Shown piece by piece: positions 38,958-58,185 of a stretch of 64,000 nt of DNA. Source of the stretch: the human T2T-CHM13v2.0 reference genome, Homo sapiens. Location: assembly GCF_009914755.1 (NCBI RefSeq), contig NC_060932.1; one strand, 5' to 3'. A program made the position numbers and the translations under genes. The notes under the pieces are model-generated. The model was given only the letters and a program-made list of their open reading frames with translations, was not told where the DNA came from and did no database searches. The stretch's first letter is position 1. Every line of letters begins with the position of its first letter.

Positions 38958-39238
38958 TTCTTTTTGAGACAGTTTCACTCCAGGCTGGATTGCGGTGCCT
39001 CGATCTTGGCCTACTGCAACCTCTGCCTCCTGGGTTCAAATGATTCTCCTGCCTCAGCCTCCTAAGTAACTGGGATTATAGGCATGAGCCACTGCACCCA
39101 GCTAAGTTTTGTATTTTTAGTAGAGATGGGGTTTCACCATTTTGTCCAGAGTGGTCTTAAATTCCTGAACTCAAGTAATCCTCCCGGCTTGGCTTCCCAA
39201 AATGCTGGGATTACAGGCATGAGCCACTGTGCCCAGCC
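38958..39238 (-). mobile_element. Alu (AluS/J)
   Basis: Alu dimer motifs. Confidence 0.85.
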
Positions 39239-39239
39239 T

Positions 39240-43862
<4,623 letters not shown>

Positions 43863-44941
43863 CAGTCCTGACATTTTAATTTGAATTCCTACTAGTGTAA
43901 TTTTCTTTCAAGAAATATCTTCCATGTCTCTACTTGAGATTTATTTGGGGACACAGTTGACTTATAAACAACTTGATCTTTCTGGTCTTGTTTTTTGATT
44001 TGGTCTAATTTTCCACTCCTGAATCAAGGTGTTTCTGATAACTCTATTCTTTGCCCTGTGAAGTCTTGAGTTTTTTCAGCATCATTCAGACGAATGGACA
44101 CTCTTCCTGGTACACTGTGAGCAACAGGCACTGTTTCTTACAATTTTTTAAGGATTTTTTCCCCCTGGTCTCAAGTAGTTTCCTAGGACAAATATACTGT
44201 TCATTATTCTGCTAAATAAATACCCAATGAGATTCTCAGCTTCATTGTTCGAACTCAGAGAATCTGGGGCTCTACCTCAGTTTTTGGTAGACTCTACCTC
44301 AGTTTTTTTTCCTTCAATTGTCATGGCCTGGAAACTTTGCCAAGTCAGGGGGCTGGGGTGTTTGTAAGGCTTATTTCTCTTGTTTCCTATCTTACAGGGT
44401 TCATTGTCTTCATTACCTGAAATCCTTGTTCTTGAAAATCGTGGTATTATGTATTTTGTCTTTTTTGGTTTTGTTTTAAGTGAGAAGGTAAATCAGTATC
44501 TGCTGCTCCATCGTGGCCAGAAGCAGACTGCAGCAGAGCTTCAGTACATGACATAGACTAGCTAGAATGCTTTTCTACCCCCTTTACTTAACAGCTTCCT
44601 TCTCACCCTTCATTTCTCAGTGTAGCCCGCTCTTCCCCAGGGGAATCTTCCTGAGCCCAGTATAGATCAAATCCTGTGTGATCATAGAACTGTTTTCTTG
44701 CAGCATCTATCTGAATTTGTAATTTCACTTCTTTGTATTTTTTCTTCACTACACCTAAAGCTAAACAAGAGCAGAGTTACTGTTTGTTTTATCTGCAGAG
44801 CTCAGTAGACTGTGTTCGCCATGGTAGGAACTCAGTGCATATTTGTTTGGTGTATGGATGGGTGAAGGTTAAAATGCACGGGACTTTATATCCAAAAACT
44901 ACTCTTATATTTTATTTCCACCTTGTTTCCCCCCGATGCAG

Positions 44942-45078
44942 ATTCTGCTAGCCTATCAAAAATCCAGGATGCAGTTATTTCAGAAGAACACTTACTAGAA
45001 CTCAAAAATAGCCACTATGAGCAACTTACAGTAGAAGTTGAACAAATGGAAAATATGGTTCATGTACTACAAAAATAG
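44942..45078 (+). CDS. POTEA: POTEA last coding portion ((D)SASLSKIQDAVISEEH...MVHVLQK*); exon continues to a donor at 45155
   Basis: Acceptor gatgcag; TAG at 45076-45078; donor gag|gtatga at 45155/45156. Confidence 0.9.
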
Positions 45079-45494
45079 CTATCTGAGGCAAAAGAAACAC
45101 AATTACAGTTAGCTCCTCAGAAAGGTGAATGTGAGCAAGAACGCTACAGTTCGAGGTATGACATTCTAGTTTTAGAGAAATATTTTAACTCTTTATTCTA
45201 AATATATATGTGAGAATTGTGATTGCTGACTTTCTGGGGCTTAATGGGAGAAAACGTCTTGGTCTTATGGAGTCTGAAAATCTTGGAAATAATACAACAA
45301 ATTCTTAACTGTGCTTCTTTTATTTATTGCATATGCTTTTAAATTGTGATTTTAATGGCTATTTAGAAGTTTACCATATAGAAATCTCATTATTTAACAA
45401 ACAGAATTTGGGGTTTTTGATTCTTTTGTATTAGAATTAATGCTGCAAGAAATACTTTTTATTATTACTATTATCATTATTATTATGATTATTA

Positions 45495-45793
<299 letters not shown>

Positions 45794-45929
45794 TAAATCA
45801 TTTTCTGCATTTCTAATTATTTACTTTGTATAAAGTCTTCAATATAGAATTTTTTGGTTAAAATATAGAAACTTTTTCAAAAAGGCCTTGGATCAATATT
45901 TCTAAATTGTCCTCAAGAATATTTGTATT

Positions 45930-46063
45930 GAATGCATGCTGAGCTTAATACCTAGGTGATGGGTTGATAGGTGCAGCAAACCACTGTGGCACATGTTTAC
46001 CTATGTAACAAGCCTGCACATTCTGCCCATGTACTCTGGAAATTAAAATTAAAATTAAAAAAA
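45930..46063 (+). mobile_element. L1PA 3'UTR fragment
   Basis: gcttaatacctaggtgatgggttgataggtgcagcaaacc...A tail. Confidence 0.85.
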
Positions 46064-46189
46064 GAATATTTGTATTAATTTACAGTTCAACCAACAGAGC
46101 ATGAAATGGCCATTTGTCTCAAACCAGAATACTTTTTAAAAACTTTATACAGTTTTATTCTTTTTTTAACTCTCTGTTTAAATTGATTT

Positions 46190-46526
46190 ATTTTTATTTC
46201 AATAGCTTTAGGGGTACAAGTGGTTTTTGGTTACATGGATCAATTTTATAGTGGTGAAGTCTGGGATTTTAGTGTACCCATCACCCAGTAGGTAGTTTTA
46301 TTGCTCACTTTTCTTCTCCCCTTCCTTCTTCTGAGTCTCCAATGTCATTATACCACTCTACCTGCCTTTACATAACCTAGCATAGCTCCCACTTATAAAT
46401 GAGAACATGTGGTATTTGTCGTTCCATTCCTGAGTTACTTCACTTAGAATAATGGCCTCTAGCTCCATCCAATTTGCTGGAAAAAACATTATTTCATTCT
46501 TCTTTATGGCTGAGTAGTATTCTGTG

Positions 46527-46561
<35 letters not shown>

Positions 46562-48240
46562 CGTATCTATACATGTATGTATATGTAGATGTATGTATAT
46601 AAGTATATATATACACACATAGATATATGGACTCACACACATATATGTGTATATATATCACATTTTCTTTATGCCATTCATCAGTCAATGGACACTGGTT
46701 GATTCCATATGTTTTCATGTTGTAATTGTGCTGCAGCAAACATATGTATGAAGGTGTTTTTTTGAGAGTACGATTTCTTTTGTAGATATCCAGAAATGAG
46801 AATGCTGGGTACAATGGTAGGATCTACTTTTAGTTCTTTGAGAGTCTCCACAGATTTTGTACTAACTTGCATTCCCATCAGCAGTGTATAACTGTTCTCT
46901 TTTCACCACATCCACACCAACGTCTGTTGTCTTTTGATTTTTAATAGTGGCCATTATGGCTGCAGTGAGGTGATATCTCATTGTTGTTTTAGTTTACATT
47001 TCCCTGATGATTAGTGATATTTAGTATGTTTTTATATGCTTGTTCAGCATTTGCTCATCCTCTTTTGAGAAATGTCTATTCATGTCATGTGCACACTTTT
47101 TAATGGAATCATTTGTATTTTTCCTGCTGATCTGTTTGAGATTCTTGTAGGTTATGGATATTAGTCTTTGACAGATTCATAATTTGCAAATATTTTTCCC
47201 ATTCTATAGGTTGTTGGTTTACTCTTATGATTATCAATTTGCGGTGCTGAAGCTGAAGCTTTTTAGTTTAATTAGGTCTTATTTATTTATTTTCATTTTT
47301 GTTGCATTTGCTTTTAGGGTCTTCATCATAAATTCTTCACCTAGGTCAATGTTTTCAGGTCTTAGTTTTAGGCCTTTAATCCATCTTGAATTAATTTTTG
47401 TATATGATAAGAGATAGAGATCCAGTTTCATTCTTCTACATGTGGCTATCTTTTTTTCCTAGCGCCATTTATTGAATAATGTGTACTTTCTCCAGTGTAT
47501 GTTTTTGTATCCTTTCTCAGAGATCATTTGGTTGTAAGTGGCTTTATTTCTGAATTGTCTATTCTGTTTCATTGATCTATGTATCTACTTTTATACCAGT
47601 ATGGTGCTGTTTTTGTTACTGTGGCTTTAGAGCATAATATGAAGTCAGATAATGCGACGCCAACATGTTTGTTCCTTTTGCTTGGTACATCTGTTGTTAT
47701 TCAGGCTCTTTTATGGTTCTACATAAATGTCAACTTTTTTTATAATTCTGTGAAGAATGACATTGGTACTTTCATAGGAATTGTATCAAATCTGTAGACT
47801 GCTTTGGGTACTATGGTCATTTTTCACAATATCAGTTCTTTCAGTCCATGAACATAGGATGTATTTTCATTTGTCTGTGTCATCTATTATTTTCTTCGGT
47901 AGTGTTTTCCAGTTATCCTTATATAGATCACTCACCTCCTTCATTAAGTATATTCCTAGGTATTTTACACTTTTGCAGCCATTGTAAAAGAGATTGGGTT
48001 CTTGATATGACTCTCAGCTTGGTTGTATTTGGTGTATAGTTGTGCCACTGATTGGTATTCATTTATTTTGTAACCTCTGAGACTTTACTGAATTTATTTA
48101 TCAAATCTAGGAGTGTTTTGTAAGAGTCTTTGGGGTTTTCTAGGTATAAGATCATATCATTGGTGAAGAGATAGCTTGACTTCCTCTTTTAAATTTGGAT
48201 GCCCTTTATTTCTCTTGCCCAATTGCTCTGCCTGGGACTT
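46190..48240 (-). mobile_element. L1PB/L1MA 3' region with an internal (TG)n/(TA)n microsatellite (46526-46660)
   Basis: ORF2 C-terminal motifs (EYYSAIKKNEIM...WMELEAIILSEV) on the minus strand. Confidence 0.85.
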
Positions 48241-48561
48241 CCCAGTTTTATTCTTAATATGCATGAAATAAAAGTAAAATGGAAAGTGATTCACGATTAG
48301 TTTATTTCACATCTCTGTCTCATAAACAGATAAAATTAATTCACCTTGAATTAATTTTGTTATATGTTAAATACATATATTATATGTATAATAAAAACAT
48401 GTAATATATTATATGTATAATAAAAACATATATGTTAAAAACAAAATATTAGACCCTGTCTTGTTCAAAAGAATGTCTAAGTTGCTTATAAAATACATAG
48501 GAATTAAGAATATAAGTTAAAAATGTTTCCAAAAAATAAACATGAAAATTATGGGTTAACA

Positions 48562-49084
48562 CAGGGGTTCCCAATCCCCAGGCCAAGGACCAGTACCAGT
48601 CCCTGGTCTGTTAGAAACTGGGCCACACAGCAGGAGGTTAGTGGCAGGTGAGCAAGTGAAGCTTCATCTGTTTGCAGTCCCTCTCCATCACTCACATTAC
48701 CGCCTGAGCTCCTCCTCCTGTCAGATCAGTGGTGGCACTAGATTGTCATAGGAGTGTGACCTGAACCCTGTTGTAAGTTGCTCATGCAGGGGATCTAGGT
48801 TGTTCACTCCTTATGAGAATCTAATGCCTTATGATCTGTCACCATCTCCTGTCACCCCCAGATGAGACCATACAGTAGCAGGAAAACAAGCTCAGGGCCC
48901 CCAGTGATTCTTCTACATTATGGTGAGTTATAGAATTATTTCATTATTAATAATAGTAGAAATAAAGTGCAGAATAAATGTAATGTGCTTGAATAATCCT
49001 GGAAGCATCCCCCCACCTCAGGTCTGTGGAAAAATTACCTTCCACAAAACCAGTCCCTGGTGCCAACATGGTTGGGGACAGCTG
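48562..49084 (+). mobile_element. MER1A (hAT-Charlie) DNA transposon
   Basis: TIRs caggggttcccaa / ttggggacagctg; 8-bp TSD ggttaaca / gcttaaca. Confidence 0.85.
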
Positions 49085-49231
49085 GCTTAACAGATGTGAG
49101 ACCCCTTTGCCTTTTCTTGGATTAATCTGCAAGATATACATTGTGTGAATGATATCTGATGATGACACCTTGGCCTGTAAATCATTTTAGGGATACCTTC
49201 AGTATCTCATGAAAATTAAAATTTCTTCTAG

Positions 49232-49355
49232 TGAAGAACAAAATGATACCCGGAAGCAACTTTCCAAGGAACAGAATGCTAGAATATTACAAGATGAGAT
49301 TCTGACTACTAAACAGAAGCAGATAGAAGTGGCCGAAAAAAAAATGAATTTTGAG
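49232..49355 (+). other. POTEA: POTE-type exon downstream of the POTEA stop; open frame (S)[41 protein letters not shown]
   Basis: Acceptor tttcttctag, donor gag|gtattt; 124 nt, phase 2-0; homologous to a coding exon of other POTE genes. Confidence 0.85.
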
Positions 49356-50192
49356 GTATTTTCTTTAGTCATTTTCAAATGCTTTTATATAAAATGTATG
49401 TATTTAAAAAAACAACTATATATTTCAGAAAGTATAAAGGATTTTTAAATCACATATATATGTATATATGTATATATCATTTATCATGTGTCTATATATG
49501 TACATATAGGATAAAGCCATGTTCTTAATTCAACTCCATTTGCCTGCAACAGTTGAGTAGTGACATTCACAATGGCCTAAATCCAAAGAAGCATTTGATA
49601 TTTTCCATAAGAATTGATGATCTTTCCAATATCAAAAATAAGTTTTGCTAACAACAGATTTTCCAGTTTTTGGACATTAGTTCATCTTTTAAAAATATTA
49701 ATAGAGAAGTCAGTTTATTATTTTCACTGCTAAGAAAGTAGGAAATGTATAGTTGGGTCAGAGGCCATATTGTGGATATCATTATCCTTACTTTTGAGGA
49801 CAGTAACAGTTTGCTCCAAGTAGTTTCTCATTTCAATGCAAAGAGCTTTGAAAACAATGACATGCATGATATACATTGAGTGATAATTTATTGATAAGTA
49901 TTTTGTTCCCAGAGAAAGAGTTCAGTATATTTTCCTCTATTTCACACTTATTACTGTTTCAAACATTATAAAGAAGAAATAAGTTATTGCAATGGCAAAT
50001 AATCTCATGATTTCTAAGAAAAGCTCTATAAGTTGTATGCTACCATTCATATTTTGAAATAAAAGGCTTCTTTTGTATTTATATATTTACACCACAGAAG
50101 TAACTGTGATTTTGTGGAGGATCACTAGAAGTAGCATCAGAAGACCTGGAGAAAATCCTGCATCTTGTGTATATACATATGTGTATATTTGA

Positions 50193-50510
<318 letters not shown>

Positions 50511-51139
50511 TGCATATATATTTTTTTAACTTCTTTTAAGAATTGTGATCTTAAATGAGTTCAGTGTCGTACATAGAGGTGCAATGCTTAGATGCAGATG
50601 TGTACAATGTAGAAGGGTACAATGTTTAGATTTAACAGTTATGAATAAGTGTAATTCTCATAACTGACTATAACATATTAGAAAAGTAGAATATTGATAA
50701 AACATTCTTGAGAAAAAGTAACTTAAAGAATTTTGAGAAATTGCTTCTGCCCTAACATATGTATAGCTAAGGCTCCTACAATGTTATGGTTTATAGGTGA
50801 GATATCAGAGTGTAAACCCAATTTAAAAAATATAGTCAAATGTATTAATCTTATATTTTATGCCTCTGGGTTTTTTGTAATTCAGAGAAATGCATTTACA
50901 ATTCTGAGTTTCTTAAAAATCCTCCAGTGATTTAATTTTCATAATCTTTAAATAAATATTTAGATTTGTGGAGTTTACACTCTATTAGGTTTGAAGTTTT
51001 GTCCAACTTGTTTTTAGGTAAATATCCACTATGGGAATTCTTTCATTATACAAACATACAGGTTACTTTTTAATTTCAGAAGAAATTATGATATGTCCCT
51101 CTATTGAGTGCTAACTAAAATTTCCCTTTGTTTACTCAG

Positions 51140-51705
51140 ATTTCTCTTAGCCATAAGGAAGAAAAAGAACTCTTGCATGAAAATAGCATGATGCAGGAAG
51201 AAATTGCCATGCTAAGAATAGAACTAGACACAATAAAACATCAGAACCAGCTAAGGGAAAAGAAATATCTGGAGTACATTAAAAGTGTGAAAGAAAAGAA
51301 TGATAATCTTCTAAAGGCTATACAATTGAATGAGGAAGCACTAACAAAAGCAGTAGTTCAGTACAGTGGACAGCTTAGCATTTTGACAACTGAGAATAAA
51401 ATGCTCAGTTTTGAACTGCAGAATGTAAGACACAACAATGAAACACTGGAAATGGAAATTCAATCATGTCATTTTAGACTGGCTACTGCTCTACATGATT
51501 GTGACTGAAGTCAGATAGCAGAAAGAGACTTCTTTCCAGAGAACAAGACATGAACAGGTTTATTTACAGGAGACAATGAATTCTCATATATCTAACCTAA
51601 AAGGTAACAGTGAGATTCTTTCTGAGCAACTCTAATGCTAACAGTAAAATTAACAGCCTGAAAATTAAGGTCCATCACACAAGATAAACTCTGAGAGAAA
51701 AGACG
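51140..51705 (+). other. POTEA: Large ANKRD26/POTE coiled-coil exon: open for 122 codons to TGA at 51506-51508, decayed homology to ~51705
   Basis: Acceptor ttactcag; [37 protein letters not shown]...[10 protein letters not shown]; afterwards frameshifted SNLKGNSEILSEQL...KINSLKIKVHHTR*TLREKT. Confidence 0.85.
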
Positions 51706-54553
51706 GGGCAGGCCACCATTTTTCCTTTTTGGGCAACTTAGTCATTCCAGCCTGCAGGCTTTGGAGAGTACAAACCGACCAGGGGAAGAAGACATCCTGC
51801 AGCACAGCACAGCTGCTTTATCAAATCATGGCCAGACTGCTTCTGTAAGCAGGCCCCTGATCCTGTTTCTCCTCACTGGAAAGGACCTCCCAGCTGAGGC
51901 CTCCAGCTACCCCCACCAGTGTTCCCTGGCCAACAGAGATTTAAATCCCCCCTGGGACAGAGCACCCAGAGAGAGGGGTGGGTCACCACCTTTGCTGTTT
52001 GGGCGACTAGCCATTCAGGCCTGCAGACTTTGGAGAGCCCAAGCTGACCAGGGGTGGAAGTGGTACCTCAGCACAGCACAGCTGCCCTATGAAAATGTGA
52101 CCAGACTCTTTTTTAAGTCAGTCCCTGACCACATTTGTTATCACTGAGTGGAGTCTTTCAACCAGGGTCTCTGGCTACCTTCAGTGCTGTTCTCTGGCTG
52201 ACAGAGGTTTCAGGCCTTCCTGAGTCAGAGCTCCCAGGGGGAGGACCAGATTGTCATCTTTGCTGTTTGGGCAACTCAGCCATTTCAGCCTTAGGGCTTC
52301 AGAGTGTCTGAGGTGATGAGGAGCTGAAGTGAACCCCCAGCATAGCACAGCTGCTTTACCAAAAAGTGGCCAGACCTACATTTTAAGCAAGTCCCTGTTC
52401 TTGTTCCTCCTGATTAGGCAAGAGTTTTTTCCACTTGCCTCCAGCCACCTCCTACAGGTGTGTTCAGATTGGCAACAAGTTTGTACCTCAGTGGTACAGT
52501 ACTCCCAGAGGAAGGGGCAGGCTATCATCTTTGCCTTTTCACAGCCTTCATTGGTGATACCTTCAGGCCCTGGAAAATATGAGGCAGTTAGGGACTGGAG
52601 TGCACCCCCAGCATACCACAGCCCCCCTACGGAAAAGTGGCCAGACTGTTACGTGGGTGCCAGTTTCCATATCTTCTTGATGGGCAGGTCTTCCCATCCT
52701 GGGTCTCTAGCCAGCACCCCACTGGAGCTACCAAGCCAGTAGCAACTCAGCAATTCCCTGGACAGAGCTTCCAGGAGCAACTGAAATCCTCTATGCCACT
52801 GCCTCTGCAGTGGAACTGTCCTTGCTACCCTTGGAATATCAAGGGAGCAAAGACTTTAAGTGCTGTATTGACATGTCCAACAAGTTGCAGTTGACCCAGT
52901 GAGCAAGCCAGTCCATCTCCCATGGGTCCCACACACTCTCCACTGTTCATCACCCGACAGGGAACGCTGGCTTGGGCCCACAGCACAGACACTCCATCCT
53001 GGGCTGATCGCACTAAGTGATTGCTAACTCACATCTCTCTGGGGTGGAGCCCCTAGGAGAAAAGCCAAGTGGTAGAGCAGCAAGCCAGCTGATGCGGAGC
53101 CCAAAGGGCAGGGACAGCTATCTCTCTAGGCACCATTTGCTCTTATGAGACACTTTATCCCAGCACTTTAGGAGTGCTGAGGTCAGACCAGCCACATCTT
53201 ATGTGCAAGATTGCCCAGCAGAGATCAGGTCTGAGAGTTCCCCTCTTAAAAAAAGGGGACTTGCTTAAAAAAGAAGTCTGGCCACATTTTTGTAGAGCAG
53301 CTGTGCTGTGTTGGGGCTTTAGTTTTGAGAGAGTTCTCCTCTGAGACCTGATCTTTGCTGGGAAGTCTTGCATATGAGATGGGGCTGGTCTGACCTCAGC
53401 ACTCCTTAGTCTGTTTGCCTCTCCCAGGGCCCCAGCCTGGCCACACCTGCTTACAGGGCACTCTCGGGTGCTCACACCATAGCTTCTGTGCCAGTGGACC
53501 ATGTCTGACCAATGGAGGGTTGCAGCAAGGTGGCCCCTACAGCCATGGACCAGCCTGCATATTGCCTCTACATACTGCAGCTCTTTATATGCAAACTTCC
53601 TACATCCCTTTGCTGGTGTGTGTTTACATGGGTGGGTTTTGCTGTACTTGCCCTACCAGCACACGGGAGTGCATCACACACCCCAACCCACACCAACTGC
53701 CATTGAAGATGGAGCCCTGGCAGGCACAGAGCCAAAAATCCCCCACCCCCACCAGCACCTCACCCTTGACCTAATGCTGCAGAGAGGAAAAGGGACCCTC
53801 TTATATCCTGAGGGACCACTGTTGCTTGGGGAGCACAGAGAAGGCACCTAGACCCGTGCTGGCCAGCACCTCACCCCAAACCAACACTATCTCCAGTGCA
53901 ACAGCACACACAGTCAGCAGGGGCCCCCTGGTCCCCACCCTAGCTGTCTTGCCTCCACCACTGGGTGAATGCCCACAGGGAGGCAGGCACTTTTGCATCC
54001 GCTAGCACTCTGCTGCAGTTGCCGCACTTTGGTCCCCTCAGTGCAGTGGACCCCAAACCTCGAGGAGCCAGAGAACAAAGTTGGGGCCCAGTACAATTTC
54101 CTCAGAGTTAAAGCACACAGTCCAGGAATTGGGAGCTGAACACTGGCTCCCTAAAATCCTCCAGAAACAAAGCCAGTTGGCTGAATCCACCTGACACCAC
54201 AATCAAACCCTCAAGGTCATCAAATGTGATAAAAGAAAAGTACTCTGTCCAAAGGTCAGCAACCGCAATGGTTGAAGGTGGATAAGCCTATAAAGATGAG
54301 AAAGAATCTGTGCAAGAACACTGAAAACTCAAAAAGTCAGCGTGTCTTCTTTCCTCCAAATGACTGCATCAACTCTCCAGCAAGTGTTTGGAACTGGGCT
54401 GAGGCTAAGATGTCTGAAATGATACAAGTAGAATTCAGAATATGAGTAGGAACAAAGTTCACTGAGTGAGAGAAGTATGTTGTAATCCAATGCAAGGAAG
54501 CTAAAAATCACTGCAAAACATTGCAGGAGCTAACAGACAAAATAGCCATTATA

Positions 54554-54983
<430 letters not shown>

Positions 54984-56076
54984 GGCACCTGAGAGTGCCC
55001 TGTAAGCAGGTGTGGCCAGGCTGGGGCCCTGGGAGAGGCAAGCTGACTAAGGAGTGCTGAGGTTAGACCAGCCCCATCTCATGTGCAAGACCACCTAGCA
55101 GAATAGACCAAGCAGAGGAAAGAATCTCAGAGCTTGAAAACTGGATTTCTGAAATAAAACAGGGAGACAAGAACGGGGGAAAAAGAATGAAAAAGAATTA
55201 ACAAAACCTCTGAGAAATATGGGATTATGTAAAGTGACCAAATCTATGACTGATTAGTGTACCTGAAAGAGATGAGGAAAATGGAACCAACTTGGAAAAC
55301 ATATTTCAGAATGTCATTCATGAGAATGTCCCCAACCTAGCCAGACAGGCCAACATTCAAATTAAGGAAATCCAGAGAACCTCAGTTAGATATGCCACGA
55401 GAAAGACATCCAAGGTCAAAATGAAAGAAAAAATGTTAAAGGCAGCTAGGAAAAAAGGTGAGGTCACCTACAAAGGGAATCCCATCAGACAAATAGTGGA
55501 CCTCTCAGCTGAAACCTTACAAGCCAGAAGAGATATTCAACTTCTTAAAGAAAAGAAATTCCAATCCAGAATTTCATGTCCAGCTAAACTAAGTGTCATA
55601 AGTGAGGGAGAAATAAGATTCTTTTCAGACAAGCAAATGCTGAGGGAGTTAATTACCACCAGATCTGCCTTACAAGAGCTCCTGAAGGAAGCACTAAATA
55701 TGGAAAGAAAAGACCATTACCAGCCACTACAAAAGCCCACTGAAGTGCACAGACCAGTGATGCTAAAAAGCAACCACATACACAAATCTGCAAAATAACC
55801 AGCTAACAGCATGATGACAGGATCAAATCCACATATATTATTACTAAACTTAAATGTAAATGGGCTAAATGCTACAACTGAAAGACACAGCGGGGCAAGG
55901 TGGATAAAGAACCAAGACCCGTTTGAGTATGCTGTCTTCAAGAGACCCATCTCACCTGCAGTGCCACACACAGGCTCAAAATAAAGGAATGCAGAAAAAT
56001 CTTTCAAACAAATGGAAAACAGAAAAAAGCAGGTGTTGCAATCTAGTTTCTGACAAAACAGACTTTATACCAATAA

Positions 56077-56481
<405 letters not shown>

Positions 56482-57889
56482 TGAGCTATATTTATTGCTG
56501 AAACCAATAGGATAATTTGCTGAGGTTGAGAAGTTTCTCCCCTCCAGAGAGTCCCTGATCTTCCAAAATTAGGTTGAGATCTAAGGTTGATTTTACTGTA
56601 CAACTCCTTTTCTGAAGTTCTACTTATTTCCAACAAGGAATGCAAGTTTTCCTGCTTCCATGATGATGGAGAGCAGGCACCTCCTTTCTTAAGTTTCAGC
56701 TTGCAGGGAAGGTGAGTGTGAATTTTTTCCTGCTTCTAAGATGATAGAGAGTGATCATCAGCCTGAGACTTTTTCCAGGTAAGTAGCTGAAGTAGAGATT
56801 TGTCTTAAAAATTTTCCTTAATGACTAAAAGTTAAGATTACCAACCAACTGGTTTTAATTTCTCCTTGCCTTTAGAACAGCCAGTAATCATATGAATTGT
56901 GCATTTGTTTGTTTTGCTTAACGGTTTTTGTTTGTATATGTTTGGGGTTTATTGTTGTTGTTTTACTTTTCTCCCATCAAGTATGATCATCTCTTCCTGA
57001 CTTGGTCAAATCCAAAGGAATGTTCCAAATTGTGAGGAACAAGGCATCAGAATAGGCCAAAACTCCTGTAGCTGCAAAAAAAAAAAAAAAAAAATCCAGT
57101 TAGAAATAATTTTTATAAAACTTAGAAAAAATTAAAAAAAATTTTTTTTTCTTAAGAGGTTTCATGTACATAACCAGGCCATCTTTTGCCAGCCAAGAGC
57201 AAATTGAAGAAGCAGTGGTGGCCACCCAGTGCTAAGATTCTGCCCAAACAAGGTTTACTACAGCAACCTGAGTTTGTTTCCTAAGTCTAGTTCTTTCTGG
57301 TTTGGTATTTGTGTTACTTTTAAAATGCCAGCAGTTTGTCCTAGCTATGAGGCTGTAGTAAGAGATTCAAATGATTTTTTTTAAGAGCTCCATGATAAAA
57401 AGCTTCATTAAAAACAGGTATTATATATATGTAAAAATATATTTAAATATAATTACATATATGTCAAAAATATATAAATATATGACATATTTATATATAA
57501 ACATATAAATACACATATTTATGTTAGAAATATGTTTATAATTTGTTATATATATTTTTTGTATTTGTGTGAATCTAAAAGGCCTTTCTCTTTTTGGATT
57601 TTTTTTTTTGAGAAACATTTGATTTTGTTCTCAGTCAACTGAATTCTATCTCTCCATTTTACGTATGTCTGTCCTTTCTTTTTCTTGCTACCCTTAATGC
57701 CCACATAAAAGACGTAAAGTAATTTCTGATAACTGGGGATTGCTTAAAACAGAAAGGGCACCAGACTTCTTTTTGCAAGGAATCACTGTTTTTGTTTCTA
57801 AAATCCCAATAGTTGTAAACAGACAAGTTTTTTTGCAGCTCTTAAACTGCTCACTTTTTAAATTGCATTATTGGATCTTAATGGCTTTT

Positions 57890-58185
57890 TTCTTTTTTTT
57901 TTTTTTGAGACGGAGTCTCGCTCTTTCACTCAGGCAGACTGCAGTGGCCTATCTTGGCTCACTGCAAGCTCCACCTCCCGGGTTTATGCCATTCTCCTGC
58001 CTTAGCCTCCCGAGTAGCTGAGACTACAGGTGCCCACCACCGTGCCCGGCTAATTTTTTGTATTTTTAGTAGAGGCGGGGTTTCGCCGTGTTAGCCAGGA
58101 TGGTCTCGATCTCCTGACCTTGTGATCTGCCCGCCTCGGGCTCCCAAAGTGCTGGGATTACAGGTGTGAGCCACTGCACCCGGCC
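57890..58185 (-). mobile_element. AluY (possibly AluYe-like), present only in unit B
   Basis: TSD cttaatggctttt at 57877-57889 and 58186-58198; empty site cttaatgactttt at ~62392-62404. Confidence 0.93.

Noticed and set aside
48376-48432. Duplicated atattatatgtataataaaaacat
   Set aside because: Low-complexity AT-rich local duplication.
51710-52640. Regularly spaced repeats as a CRISPR-like array
   Set aside because: Whole ~270-bp units are homologous, with no unique spacers; they are L1 5'UTR monomers in eukaryotic DNA.
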